Assembly: GCA_032718475.1 (NCBI GenBank)
Contig: JAUCBJ010001345.1
Location: forward strand, 1-51,354
Direction: 5' to 3'
Origin: Nemertoderma westbladi
Lineage: Eukaryota > Animalia > Xenacoelomorpha
Length of the DNA: 51,354 nt
Shown here: positions 34,501 through 46,680 of the stretch, in pieces
Layout: every line of letters begins with the position of its first letter
How positions within the stretch are numbered: position 1 is the first letter of the stretch
The notes under the pieces: model-generated
Databases searched by the model: none
What the model saw: the letters and a program-made list of their open reading frames with translations, nothing else
What the model was told of the DNA's origin: nothing
Program-made: the position numbers and the translations under genes

Positions 34501-37303
34501 AAATGTTAAGCTAACTAGAAACATATTAGCTACCAACTGTCAAGCTAACTAGAAACATCTTATCTACCAACTGTCAAGCTAAATAGAAACATATTAGGTA
34601 CCAACTGTCAAGCTAACTAGAAACATCTTATCTACCAACTGTCAAGCTAACTAGAAACACTTTAGCACCAACTTTCAAGCTAACTAGAAACATCTTAGCT
34701 ACCAACAATTTATTGTCAAGCTAACTAGAAACATATTCGTTACCAACAACTGACAAGCTAACTAGAAACATCTTAGCTCCCAACAATTCATTGTCAAGCT
34801 AACTTGAACCATATTCGTTACCAACAACTGTCAAGCTAACAAGAAACATCTTAGGTACCAACAAATGTCAAGTTAACTAGAAACATCTTAGCTACCAACA
34901 ACTGTCAAGTTAACTAGAAACACTTAGCTACCAACAAATGTCAAGCTAACTAGAAACATCTCAGCTACGAACAATTTATTGTCAAGCTAACTAGAAACAT
35001 ATTCGTTACTAACAACTGTCAAGCTAACTAGAAACATCTTAGCTACCAACTGTCAAGCTAACTAGAAACATATTCGTTACCAACAAACTTCAAGCTAACT
35101 AGAAACATATTCGTTACCAATAACTGTCACGCTAACTGGAAACACCTTAGCTACCAACTGTCAAGCTAACTAGAAACATCTTAGCTACCAACAATTGTCA
35201 TGCTAACTAGAATATCTTAGCTACCAACAATTTATTCTCAAGCTAACTAGAAACATATTCGTTACCAATAACTGTCACGCTAACTGGAAACACCTTAGCT
35301 ATCAACTGTCAAGCTAACTAGAAACATCTGAGCTACCAACAAATGTCAAGCTAACTAGAAACATATTAGCTACCAACTGTCAAGCTAACTAGAAACATAT
35401 TATCTACCAACTGTCAAGCTAACTAGAAACATATTAGGTACCAACTGTCAAGCTAACTAGAAACATCTTAACTGTCAAGCTAACTAGAAACATATTAGCT
35501 ACCAACTGTCAAGCTAACTAGAAACATATTATCTACCAACTGTCAAGCTAACTAGAAACATATTAGGTACCAACTGTCAAGCTAACTAGAAACATCTTAA
35601 CTGTCAAGCTAACTAGAAACACTTTAGCACCAACTTTCAAGCTAACTAGAAACATCTTAGCTACCAACAATTTATTGTCAAGCTAACTAGAAACATATTC
35701 GTTACCAACAACTGTCAAGCTAACTAGAAACATCTTAGCTACCAACAATTCATTGTCAAGCTAACTTGAACCATATTCGTTACCAACAACTGTCAAGCTA
35801 ACTAGAAACATCTTATCTACCAACTGTAAAGCTAACTACAAACATCTTAGTTACAAACTGTCAAGCTAACTAGAAACATATTCGTTACCAACAACTGTCA
35901 AGCTAACTAGAAACATCTTAGCTACCAACAATTCATTGTCAAGCTAACTTGAACCATATTCGTTACCAACAACTGTCAAGCTAACTAGAAACATCTTATC
36001 TACCAACTGTCAAGCTAACTACAAACATCTTAGTTACAAACTGTCAAGCTAACTAGAAACATATTATCTACCAACTGTCAAGTTAACTAGAGACATCGTA
36101 TCTACCAACAGTCAAGCTAACTAGAAACATATTCGTTACCAACAACTGTCAAGCTAACTAGAAACATCTTAGCTACTAACAGTCAAGCTAACTAGAAACA
36201 TCTTAGCTACCAACTGTCAAGCTAACTAGAAACATCTTAGCTACCAACAACTGTCAAGCTAACTAGAAACATATTAGCTACCAACTGTCAAGCTAACTAG
36301 AAACATCTTATCTACCAACTGTCAAGCTAACTAGAAACATATTAGGTACCAACTGTCAAGCTAACTAGAAACATCTTATCTACCAACTGTCAAGCTAACT
36401 AGAAACATCTTATCTACCAACTTTCAAGCTAACTAGAAACATCTTAGCTACCAACAGTTATTGTCAAGCTAACTAGAAACATATTCGTTACCAACAACTG
36501 TCAAGCTAACTAGAAACATATTAGCTACCAACAAATGTCAAGCAGAAACATCTTAGCTACCAACAAATGTCAAGCTAACTAGAAACATCTTAGCTACCAA
36601 CAACTGTCAAGCTAACTAGAAACATCTTAGCTTCGAACTGTCAAGCTAACTAGAAACATATTCGTTACCAACAACTGTCAAGCTAACTAGAAACATTTTA
36701 GCTACCAACCAATGTCAAGCTAACTAGAAACATATTCGTTACCAACAACTGTCAAGCTAACTAGAAACATCTTAGCTACCAACAAATGTCAAGCTAACTA
36801 GAAACATCTTAGCTACCAACAAATGTCAAGCTAACTAGAAACATTTTAGCTACCAACTGTCAAGCTAACTAGAAACATCTTAGCTACCAACAAATGTCAA
36901 GCAGAAACATCTTAGCTACCAACAAATGTCAAGCTAACTAGAAACATCTTAGCTACCAACAACTGTCAAACTAACTAGAAACATCTTAGCTTCGAACTGT
37001 CAAGCTAACTAGAAACATCTTAGCTTCGAACTGTCAAGCGAACTAGAAACATATTCGTTACCAACAACTGTCAAGCTAACTAGAAATATCTTAGCTACCA
37101 ACAAATGTCAAGCTAACTAGAAACATATTCGTTACCAACAACTGTCAAGCTAACTAGAAACATCTTAGCTACCAACAAATGTCAAGCTAACTAGAAACAT
37201 CTTAGCTACCAACAAATGTCAAGCTAACTAGAAACATTTTAGCTACCAACTGTCAAGCTAACTAGAAACATCTTAGCTACCAACTGTCAAGCTAACTAGA
37301 AAC
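25511..37303. repeat. 34-bp satellite (37- and 41-bp variants), roughly 280 units, interrupted by an RTE insertion
   Basis: Constant head AAGCTAACTAGAAACAT plus recurrent tails ATTCGTTACCATATGTG, CTTATCTACCAACTGTG or CTTAGCTACCAACAACTGTC. Confidence 0.97.
29066..30887 (+). mobile_element. 5'-truncated RTE-clade LINE with 12-bp TSD and (TAG)4 tail; RT disrupted
   Basis: TSD TACCATATGTGA at 29054-29065 and 30888-30899; motifs NYRGI, QNGFR, FVDFKKAFDS, GVLQGDTLAP, DFADD, YLGS and RLRFSGHCWR. Confidence 0.95.
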
Positions 37304-37445
37304 TTCATAGGATGGCAAGAGTTTTGTTTGCATATATATATATTAATAAGTTCTTAAGATATTTTTCATGGCAAAAATAGAAATTTAAATTTCCCGCCAA
37401 TTTTATTCAGATTTTTCTGAAAAAAAGGGTAGCATTTTTCTAAAC

Positions 37446-37740
37446 CTATCTACTCCGTCATTTTTCAATAATTACTTTTAAATTTTCAGTGAATGTTGTT
37501 GACATATTGACCAATAAAACTTGTAGACAGAATTTTCAAATTTTCATCAGATGTGTAATATAAACTAAAAAATAAAATATACTTTATTACGGGCCGATAC
37601 CTTTTCACATTATCGGCCCAAAACATAACCTACACTAATAATTTCAAAATTCTCTCTACAAGTTTTGTTATTCAATATGTCAAGACCATTCGTTTCAAAG
37701 TTTCAACCGAATTGAATAAAAAATGACGTAGTAGATCGAT
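37446..37740. mobile_element. Imperfect long palindrome, probably a MITE/DNA transposon remnant
   Basis: TTGACATATTGA..AAAACTTGTAGA.AGAATTTT (37499-37540) is inverted at 37640-37683; outer arms TCTACT.CGTCATTTTT; central GGGCCGATA/TATCGGCCC. Confidence 0.6.
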
Positions 37741-37898
37741 TTTGCGTGAAGCAAAAATCGAGAAAAAATATTCTGAGTAAAATGCGTTTAAAGTTTGAAC
37801 CTTCCCGCGTAAATTGTCAGTCTCTGACTGCCGATATGAATTAATTAAAATAGTCATTTATGAATGATTTTAAGGAAGCAGGCAGCTGAAATTTTCAC

Positions 37899-38105
37899 TA
37901 TGGGGGTTTTCGGAGTCGCTGATTTCAATTCTGATGTCAGTTTTCAAATTTGGACAAATCAACTCTGTCTGTCTGGCTGTCTGTAGGAATGTCTATCTGT
38001 CTGTTGGTTTGTCCGTCAAAATATATAAAAACACGCGAAATATCTAAAAGTTTCGCTATGGGGGTTTTCTATGTCGCGATTTCATTTCCGATGTCAGTTT
38101 TGATT
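37899..38105 (+). repeat. Two dispersed copies of CTATGGGGGTTTTC..GTCGC.ATTTC..TTC.GATGTCAGTTTT, DNA-transposon-like subterminal repeats
   Basis: Copies at ~37899-37945 and ~38056-38102, each followed by TCTG-rich sequence. Confidence 0.45.
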
Positions 38106-39628
38106 TTTGGTTTAATTTTGTCTGTCTATCTGTCAGTTTGGCTGTCTATCGGTGTCTGTCTTGTCGGTCTTTTTGTCTGTTCGAAATGGTCCATGCTTAA
38201 AACTTCGTTTCAAAACACTCTTTTTTTCCCGAATAGATCTCGAGATAATCTATTTTTTCTCGAATATAATTTATAAAATTTGTCAAGCATTTAACAGTAT
38301 TGGTATAGAGCCGCACCATCTGGTAATTCCCCTCCCTCTGTTGTACTTGGGAAAGTGCATTGTTAAAAGGGAGAGGAAGATATCATTGTAAACTTCTACA
38401 TGCTATTTCGATCATTGCTGGTATAAACAGTGTAAATTTTACAAAGACCTCAGTGTTTGAGACAGTTTGGGACCACACAAAGATAAAGGACAATTGGGGA
38501 CAAACAAACAGTGTTTGGGACAGTTTGGGACAAACAAACAGTCTTTTTGACAGTTTGGGACAAACAAACAGTGTTTGTGACAGTTTGGGACAAACAAACA
38601 GTGTTTGTGACAATTTGGGAAAAACAAACAGTGTTTGGGACAGTTTGGGACAAACAAACAGTGTTTGTGACAGTTTGGAACAACACAAAGAGAAAGGACA
38701 ATTTGGAACAAACAAACAGTGTTTGGGACAGTTTGGGACAAACAAACAGTCTTTTTGACAGTTTGGGACAAACAAACAGTGTTTGTGACAGTTTGGGACA
38801 AACAAACAGTGTTTGTGACAATTTGGGACAAACAAACAGTGTTTGGGACCGTTTGGGACAAACGAGCAGTGTTTGTGACAGTTTGGGACAACACAAAGAT
38901 AAAGGACAATTGGGGACAAACAAACAGTGTTTGGGACAGTTTGGGACAAACAAACAGTGTTTGGGACAGTTTGGGACAACACAAAGAGAAAGGACAATTT
39001 GGGACAACAAACAGTGTTTTGGACAGTTTGGGACAAACAAACAGTGTTTGTGACAGTTTGCGACAAACAAACAGTGTTTGTGACAGTTTGGGACAAACAA
39101 ACAGTGTTTGTGACAGTTTGGGATAAACAAACAGTGTTTGGGACAGTTTGGGACAAACAAACAGTGTTTGTGACAGTTTGGAACAACACAAAGATAAAGG
39201 ACAATTGGGGACAAACAAACAGTGTTTGGGACAGTTTGGGACAAACAAACAGTGTTTGGGACAGTTTGGGACAACACAAAGAGAAAGGACAATTTGGGAC
39301 AACAAACAGTGTTTTGGACAGTTTGGGACAAACAAACAGTGTTTGTGACAGTTTGCGACAAACAAACAGTGTTTGTGACAGTTTGGGACAAACAAACAGT
39401 GTTTGTGACAGTTTGGGATAAACAAACAGTGTTTGGGACAGTTTGGGACAAACAAACAGTGTTTGTGACAGTTTGGAACAACACAAAGAGAAAGGACAAT
39501 TTGGGACAAACAAACAGTGTTTGGGACAGTTTGGGACAACACAAAGAGAAAGGACAATTTGGGACAAACAAACAGTATTTGTGACAGTTTGGGACAAACA
39601 AACAGTGTTTGTGACTGTTTGGGACAAC

Positions 39629-39977
39629 TACTAGGATCGGCATGCTGTATTGCAGCTGCATTTTTAAGAATGCTGTGCCGGCTTATCGACAAAACTGCAC
39701 CGCCACAACTCCCTATCACCCATGACATTTGCTAGATCATCCGCATCTTCAAGGCCAGTGTCCTTTAAGATGCGTCTCAAGAAAGTCATGGGCTGTCCAC
39801 CATGTTTATTCATTCCATGAGGCTGCCAAAGTACAAGATTATGCACTGGCTGGTCCTCACGGCGAAAGCAATGTCCTGCAAAGCGGAGGCGATTTTGTTC
39901 TAGTGTCAAGCTTGAGGGAACCAATGAGACACCTCCAATGTTATATAGTGTCTGGTTGGAGATGTGTGCATTGTACT
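39629..39977 (-). mobile_element. RTE 3' fragment, copy 1 (349 bp)
   Basis: NQTLYNIGG...RLRFAGHCFRREDQPVHNLVLWQP; flanked by TGTTTGGGACAAC and TGTTTGAGACAAC. Confidence 0.9.
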
Positions 39978-41787
39978 TGTTTGAGACAACACAAAGAGAA
40001 AGGACAATTTGGGACAAACAAACAGTGTTTGTGCCAGTTTGGGACAAACAAACAGTGTTTGTGACAGTTTGCGACAAACAAACAGTGTTTGTGACAATTT
40101 GGGACAAACAAACAGTGTTTGTGACAGTTTGCGACAAACAAACAGTGTTTGTGACAGTTTGGGATAAACAAACAGTGTTTGTGCCAGTTTGGGACAAACA
40201 AACAGTGTTTGTGACAGTTTCGGCTAAACAAACAGTGTTTGTGACAATTTGGGACAAACAAACAGTGTTTGCGACAGTTTGGGATAAACAAACAGTGTTT
40301 GTGCCAGTTTGGGACAAACAAACAGTGTTTGTGACAGTTTGGGACAAACAAACAGTGTTTATGACAGTTTGGGACAAACAAACAGTGTTTGTGACAGTTT
40401 GGGACAAACAAACAGTGTTTATGACAGTTTGGGACAAACAAACAGTGTTTGTGACAGTTTGGGACAAACAAACAGTGTTTGTGACAGTTTGGGACAAACA
40501 AACAGTGTTTATGACAGTTTGGGACAAACAAACAGTGTTTGTGACAATTTGGGACAAACAAACAGTGTTTATGACAGTTTGCGTCAAACAAACAGTGTTT
40601 GTGACAGTTTGGGATAAACAAACAGTGTTTGTGCCAGTTTGGGACAAACAAACAGTGTTTGTGACAGTTTGGGACAAACAAACAGTGTTTGTGCCAGTTT
40701 GGGACAAACAAACAGTGTTTGTGACAGTTTGGGACAAACAAACAGTGTTTATGACAGTTTGGGACAAACAAACAGTGTTTGTGACAGTTTGCGACAAACA
40801 AACAGTGTTTGTGACAGTTTGGGATAAACAAACAGTGTTTGTGCCAGTTTGGGACAAACAAACAGTGTTTGTGACAGTTTGGGATAAACAAACAGTGTTT
40901 GTGACAATTTGGGACAAACAAACAGTGTTTGCGACAATTTGGGACAACACAAAGATAAAGAACAATTTGGGACAAACAAAGAGTTTTTGGGACAGTTTGG
41001 GACAAACAAACATGTTTGGGACAGTTTGGAATAAACAAACAGTGTTTGTGACAGTTTGGGACAAACAAACAGTGTTTGTGACAGTTTGGGATAAACAAAC
41101 AGTGTTTGTGACAATTTGGGACAAACAAACAGTGTTTGTGACAGTTTGAGACAACACAAAGATAAAGGACAATTTGGGACAAACAAACAGTTTTTTGGAC
41201 AGTTTGGGACAAACAAACAGTGTCTGGGACAGTTTGGGATATCACAAAGAGAAAATACAACTTGGGACAAACGAACAGTGTTTGGGACAAACGAACAGTG
41301 TTTGGGACAAACAAACAGTGTTTATGACAGTTTGGGACAAACAAACAGTGTTTGAGACAGTTTGGGACAAACGAACAGAGTTTGGGACAAACGAACAGTG
41401 TTTGGGACAAACAAACAGTGTTTTGGGACAAACAAACAGTGTTTGGGACAGTTTGGGACAAACGAGCAGTGTTTGTGACAGTTGGGGACAACACAAAGAT
41501 AAAGGACAATTGGGGACAAACAAACAGTGTTTGGGACAGTTTGGGACAAACAAACAGTGTTTGGGACAGTTTGGGACAAACAAACAGTGTTTGGGACAGT
41601 TTGGGACAACACAAAGAGAAAGGACAATTTGGGACAACAAACAGTGTTTTGGACAGTTTGGGACAAACAAACAGTGTTTGTGACAGTTTGCGACAAACAA
41701 ACAGTGTTTGTGACAGTTTGGGACAAACAAACAGTGTTTGGGACAGTTTGGGACAAACAAACAGTGTTTGTGACTGTTTGGGACAAC

Positions 41788-42137
41788 TACTAGGATCGGC
41801 ATGCTGTATTGCAGCTGCATTTTTAAGAATGCTGTGCCGGCTTATCGACAAAACTGCACCGCCACAACTCCCTATCACCCATGACATTTGCTAGATCATC
41901 CGCATCTTCAAGGCCAGTGTCCTTTAAGATGCGTCTCAAGAAAGTCATGGGCTGTCCACCATGTTTACTCATTCCATGAGGCTGCCAAAGTACAAGATTA
42001 TGCACTGGCTGGTCCTCACGGCGAAAGCAATGTCCTGCAAAGCGGAGGCGCTTTTTGTTCTAGTGTCAAGCTTGAGGAAACCAATGAGACACCTCCAATG
42101 TTATATAGTGTCTGGTTGGAGATGTGTGCATTGTACT
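41788..42137 (-). mobile_element. RTE 3' fragment, copy 2
   Basis: Near-identical to copy 1 with the same junctions. Confidence 0.9.
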
Positions 42138-44504
42138 TGTTTGAGACAACACAAAGAGAAAGGACAATTTGGGACAAACAAACAGTGTTTGTGCCAGTTT
42201 GGGACAAACAAACAGTGTTTGTGACAGTTTGGGATAAACAAACAGTGTTTGTGCCAGTTTGGGACAAACAAACAGTGTTTGTGACAGTTTGGGACAAACA
42301 AACAGTGTTTATGACAGTTTGGGACAAACAAACAGTGTTTGTGACAGTTTGGGACAAACAAACAGTGTTTATGACAGTTTGGGACAAACAAACAGTGTTT
42401 GTGACAGTTTGGGACAAACAAACAGTGTTTGTGACAGTTTGGGACAAACAAACAGTGTTTATGACAGTTTGGGACAAACAAACAGTGTTTGTGACAATTT
42501 GGGACAAACAAACAGTGTTTATGACAGTTTGCGTCAAACAAACAGTGTTTGTGACAGTTTGGGATAAACAAACAGTGTTTGTGCCAGTTTGGGACAAACA
42601 AACAGTGTTTGTGACAGTTTGCGTCAAACAAACAGTGTTTGTGACAGTTTGGGATAAACAAACAGTGTTTGTGCCAGTTTGGGACAAACAAACAGTGTTT
42701 GTGACAGTTTGGGACAAACAAACAGTGTTTATGACAGTTTGGGACAAACAAACAGTGTTTGTGACAGTTTGAGACAAACAAACAGTGTTTGTGACAGTTT
42801 GGGATAAACAAACAGTGTTTGTGCCAGTTTGGGACAAACAAACAGTGTTTGTGACAGTTTGGGATAAACAAACAGTGTTTGTGACAATTTGGGACAAACA
42901 AACAGTGTTTGCGACAATTTGGGACAACACAAAGATAAAGAACAATTTGGGACAAACAAAGAGTTTTTGGGACAGTTTGGGACAAACAAACATGTTTGGG
43001 ACAGTTTGGAATAAACAAACAGTGTTTGTGACAGTTTGGGACAAACAAACAGTGTTTGTGACAGTTTGGGATAAACAAACAGTGTTTGTGACAATTTGGG
43101 ACAAACAAACAGTGTTTGTGACAGTTTGAGACAACACAAAGATAAAGGACAATTTGGGACAAACAAACAGTTTTTTGGACAGTTTGGGACAAACAAACAG
43201 TGTCTGGGACAGTTTGGGATATCACAAAGAGAAAATACAATTTGTGACAAACGAACAGTGTTTGGGACAAACGAACAGTGTTTGGGACAAACAAACAGTG
43301 TTTATGACAGTTTGGGACAAACAAACAGTGTTTGAGACAGTTTGGGACAAACGAACAGAGTTTGGGACAAACGAACAGTGTTTGGGACAAACAAACAGTG
43401 TTTTGGGACAAACAAACAGTGTTTGGGACAGTTTGGGACAAACGAGCAGTGTTTGTGACAGTTGGGGACAACACAAAGATAAAGGACAATTGGGGACAAA
43501 CAAACAGTGTTTGGGACAGTTTGGGACAAACAAACAGTGTTTGGGACAGTTTGGGACAAACAAACAGTGTTTGGGACAGTTTGGGACAACACAAAGAGAA
43601 AGGACAATTTGGGACAACAAACAGTGTTTTGGACAGTTTGGGACAAACAAACAGTGTTTGTGACAGTTTGCGACAAACAAACAGTGTTTGTGACAGTTTG
43701 GGACAAACAAACAGTGTTTGGGACAGTTTGGGACAAACAAACAGTGTTTGGGACAGTTTGGGACAGTTTGGGACAAACAAACAGTGTTTGTGACAGTTTG
43801 GAACAACACAAAGAGATAGGACAGTTTGGGACAAACAAACAGTGTTTGGGACAGTTTGGGACAAACAAACAGTGTTTGGGACAGTTTGGGACAACACAAA
43901 GAGAAAGGACAATTTGGGACAAACAAACAGTATTTGTGACAGTTTGGGACAAACAAACAGTGTTTGTGACAGTTTGGGACAACACAAGGAGAAAGAACAA
44001 TTTGGGACAACAAACAGTGTTTTGGACAGTTTGGGACAAACAAACAGTGTTTGTGACAGTTTGCGACAAACAAACAGTGTTTGTGACAATTTGGGACAGT
44101 TTGGGACAAACAAACAGTGTTTGGGACAGTTTGGGACAAACAAACAGTGTTTGGGACAGTTTGGGACAGTTTGGGACAAACAAACAGTGTTTGTGACAGT
44201 TTGGGACAACACAAAGATAAAGGACAATTGGGGACAAACAAACAGTGTTTGTGACAGTTTGGGACAAACAAACAGTGTTTGGGACAGTTTGGGACAAACA
44301 AACAGTGTTTGTGACAGTTTGGAACAACACAAAGAGAAAGGACAATTTGGGACAAACAAACAGTGTTTGGGACAGTTTGGGACAAACAAACAGTGTTTGG
44401 GACAGTTTGGGACAACACAAAGAGAAAGGACAATTTGGGACAAACAAACAGTATTTGTGACAGTTTGGGACAAACAAACAGTGTTTGTGACTGTTTGGGA
44501 CAAC

Positions 44505-44853
44505 TACTAGGATCGGCATGCTGTATTGCAGCAGCATTTTTAAGAATGCTGTGCCGGCTTATCGACAAAATTGCACCGCCACAACTCCCTATAACCCATG
44601 ACATTTGCTAGATCATCCGCATCTTCAAGGCCAGTGTCCTTTAAGATGCGTCTCAAGAAAGTCATGGGCTGTCCACCATGCTTATTCATTCCATGAGGCT
44701 GCCAAAGTACAAGATTATGCACTGGCTGGTCCTCACGGCAAAAGCAATGTCCTGCAAAGCGGAGGCGATTTTGTTCTAGTGTCAAGCTTGAGGGAACCAA
44801 TGAGACACCTCCAATGTTATATAGTGTCTGGTTGGAGATGTGTGCATTGTACT
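44505..44853 (-). mobile_element. RTE 3' fragment, copy 3 (perfect 13-bp TSD TGTTTGGGACAAC)
   Basis: Near-identical to copies 1 and 2 with the same junctions. Confidence 0.9.
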
Positions 44854-46128
44854 TGTTTGGGACAACACAAAGAGAAAAGACAATTTGGGACAAACAAACA
44901 GTGTTTGTGCCAGTTTGGGACAAACAAACAGTGTTTGTGACAGTTTGGGATAAACAAACAGTGTTTGTGACAATTTGGGACAAACAAACAGTGTTTGTGA
45001 CAATTAGGGACAACACAAAGATAAAGAACAATTTGGGACAAACAAAGAGTTTTTGGGACAGTTTGGGACAAACAAACATGTTTGGGACAGTTTGGAATAA
45101 ACAAACAGTGTTTGTGACAGTTTGGGACAAACAAACAGTGTTTGTGACAGTTTGAGACAACACAAAGATAAAGGACAATTTGGGACAAACAAACAGTTTT
45201 TGGGACAGTTTGGGACAAACAAACAGTGTTTGGGACAGTTTGGGACATCACAAAAAGAAAATACAATTTGGGACAAACGAACAGTGTTTGGGACAAACGA
45301 ACAGTGTTTGGTACAAACGAACAGTGTTTGGGACAAACGAACAGTGTTTGGGACAAACGAACAGTGTTTATGACAGTTTGGGACAAACAAACAGTGTTCG
45401 GGACAGTTTGGGACAAACGAACAGTGTTTGGGACAAACGAACAGTGTTTGGGACAAACGAACAGTGTTTGGGACAAACGAACAGTGTTTGGGACAAACGA
45501 ACAGTGTTTATGACAGTTTGGGACAAACAAACAGTGTTTGGGGCAGTTTGGGACAAACAAACAGTGTTTGGGACAGTTTGGGACATCACAAAGAGAAAAT
45601 ACAATTTGGGACAAACGAACAGTGTTTGGGACAAACGAACAGTGTTTGGGACAAACGAACAGTGTTTGGGACAAACGAACAGTGTTTGGGACAAACGAAC
45701 AGTGTTTGGGACAAACGAACAGTGTTTGGGACAAACGAACAGTGTTTGGGACAAACGAACACTGTTTGGGACAAACGAACAGTGTTTGGGACAGTTTGGG
45801 ACAAACGAACAGTGTTTGGGACAAACAAATAGTGTTTATGACAGTTTGGGACAAACAAACAGTGTTTGGGACAGTTTGGGACAAACAAACAGTGCTTGTG
45901 ACAGTTTGGGACAAACGAACAGTGTTTGGGACAGTTTGGGACAAACGAACAGTGTTTGGGACAAACAAACAGTGTTTATGACAGTTTGGGACAAACAAAC
46001 AGTGTTTGGGACAGTTTGGGACAAACAAACAGTGCTTGTGACAGTTTGGGACAAACAAACAGTGCTTGTGACAGTTTGGGACAAACAAACAAACAGTTTT
46101 GTGTTTTATAGAAAATAAAATTTCTTAC

Positions 46129-46254
46129 AATAATAGCTTTTGAACCTAGTCGAAGATCCCCTTGGAACCACTCGAATGTAACCGCCGGAGCGCCAAATAT
46201 TGGACACTTAAGTTGCACCGTAGATCCAGCAATGGCACCTCTTTCTCTAATATT
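46129..46254 (-). CDS. L1-family adhesion molecule exon: N-half of an Ig domain (Ig5-like)
   Basis: ttttatttag|NIRERGAIAGSTVQLKCPIFGAPAVTFEWFQGDLRLGSKAII|gtaaga; 126 nt, phase 0 to 0; supplies the first Cys and core Trp missing from the 25261 exon. Confidence 0.85.
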
Positions 46255-46680
46255 CTAAATAAAAAATAACAAAATTATTGCAACGTTACCGAAAAGACAA
46301 AAAACATCTCAATATTTAGTAAAAATAAACATAACATTAACATAAATTGTGTGTTAAAATAAAGTCAATGTCATTTTCTAAACACTGTTTCCAAAAAACA
46401 TTGGCAAACATTAAATAAATTTACATTAAATTTAGTCGGGACTTGCAACCAACCCATGGCCTAATTATCATTAATCATAATTATTATTATCATGATACAG
46501 AACAATAATATTTTTTGCATATTGATGCATACATATTGATGGGGAGATTAAATAATACGAATAATATATCATCAGTGTGACCTCATTCAATTTAGAATTG
46601 ATTATCAGAAGAAGAAAAAAATAAATAAATAAATATAATAAATAATAAATTAGCGGTTTACACATTTGTAGTCGGGGGAT

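Larger units (their letters stand above)
38451..46098. repeat. 30-bp satellite built of 10-bp subunits (GACAGTTTGG GACAAACAAA CAGTGTTTGT), with 20-bp derivative blocks and kb-scale higher-order duplications
   Basis: Directly visible; accounts for the many repetitive ORFs in all six frames. Confidence 0.97.

Noticed and set aside
25511-37303. CRISPR-like look (constant 17-bp head plus variable part)
   Set aside because: The variable parts are a few recurring related variants of 17-24 bp rather than unique spacers; there are no cas genes and the context is a eukaryotic intron.
38383-46118. Cys/His-rich ORFs (CHKHCLFVPN)n suggesting multiheme CxxCH or metal-binding proteins
   Set aside because: All six frames are open because the 30-bp unit lacks stops; the motif is not CxxCH, indels shift frames freely, and the array is intronic.
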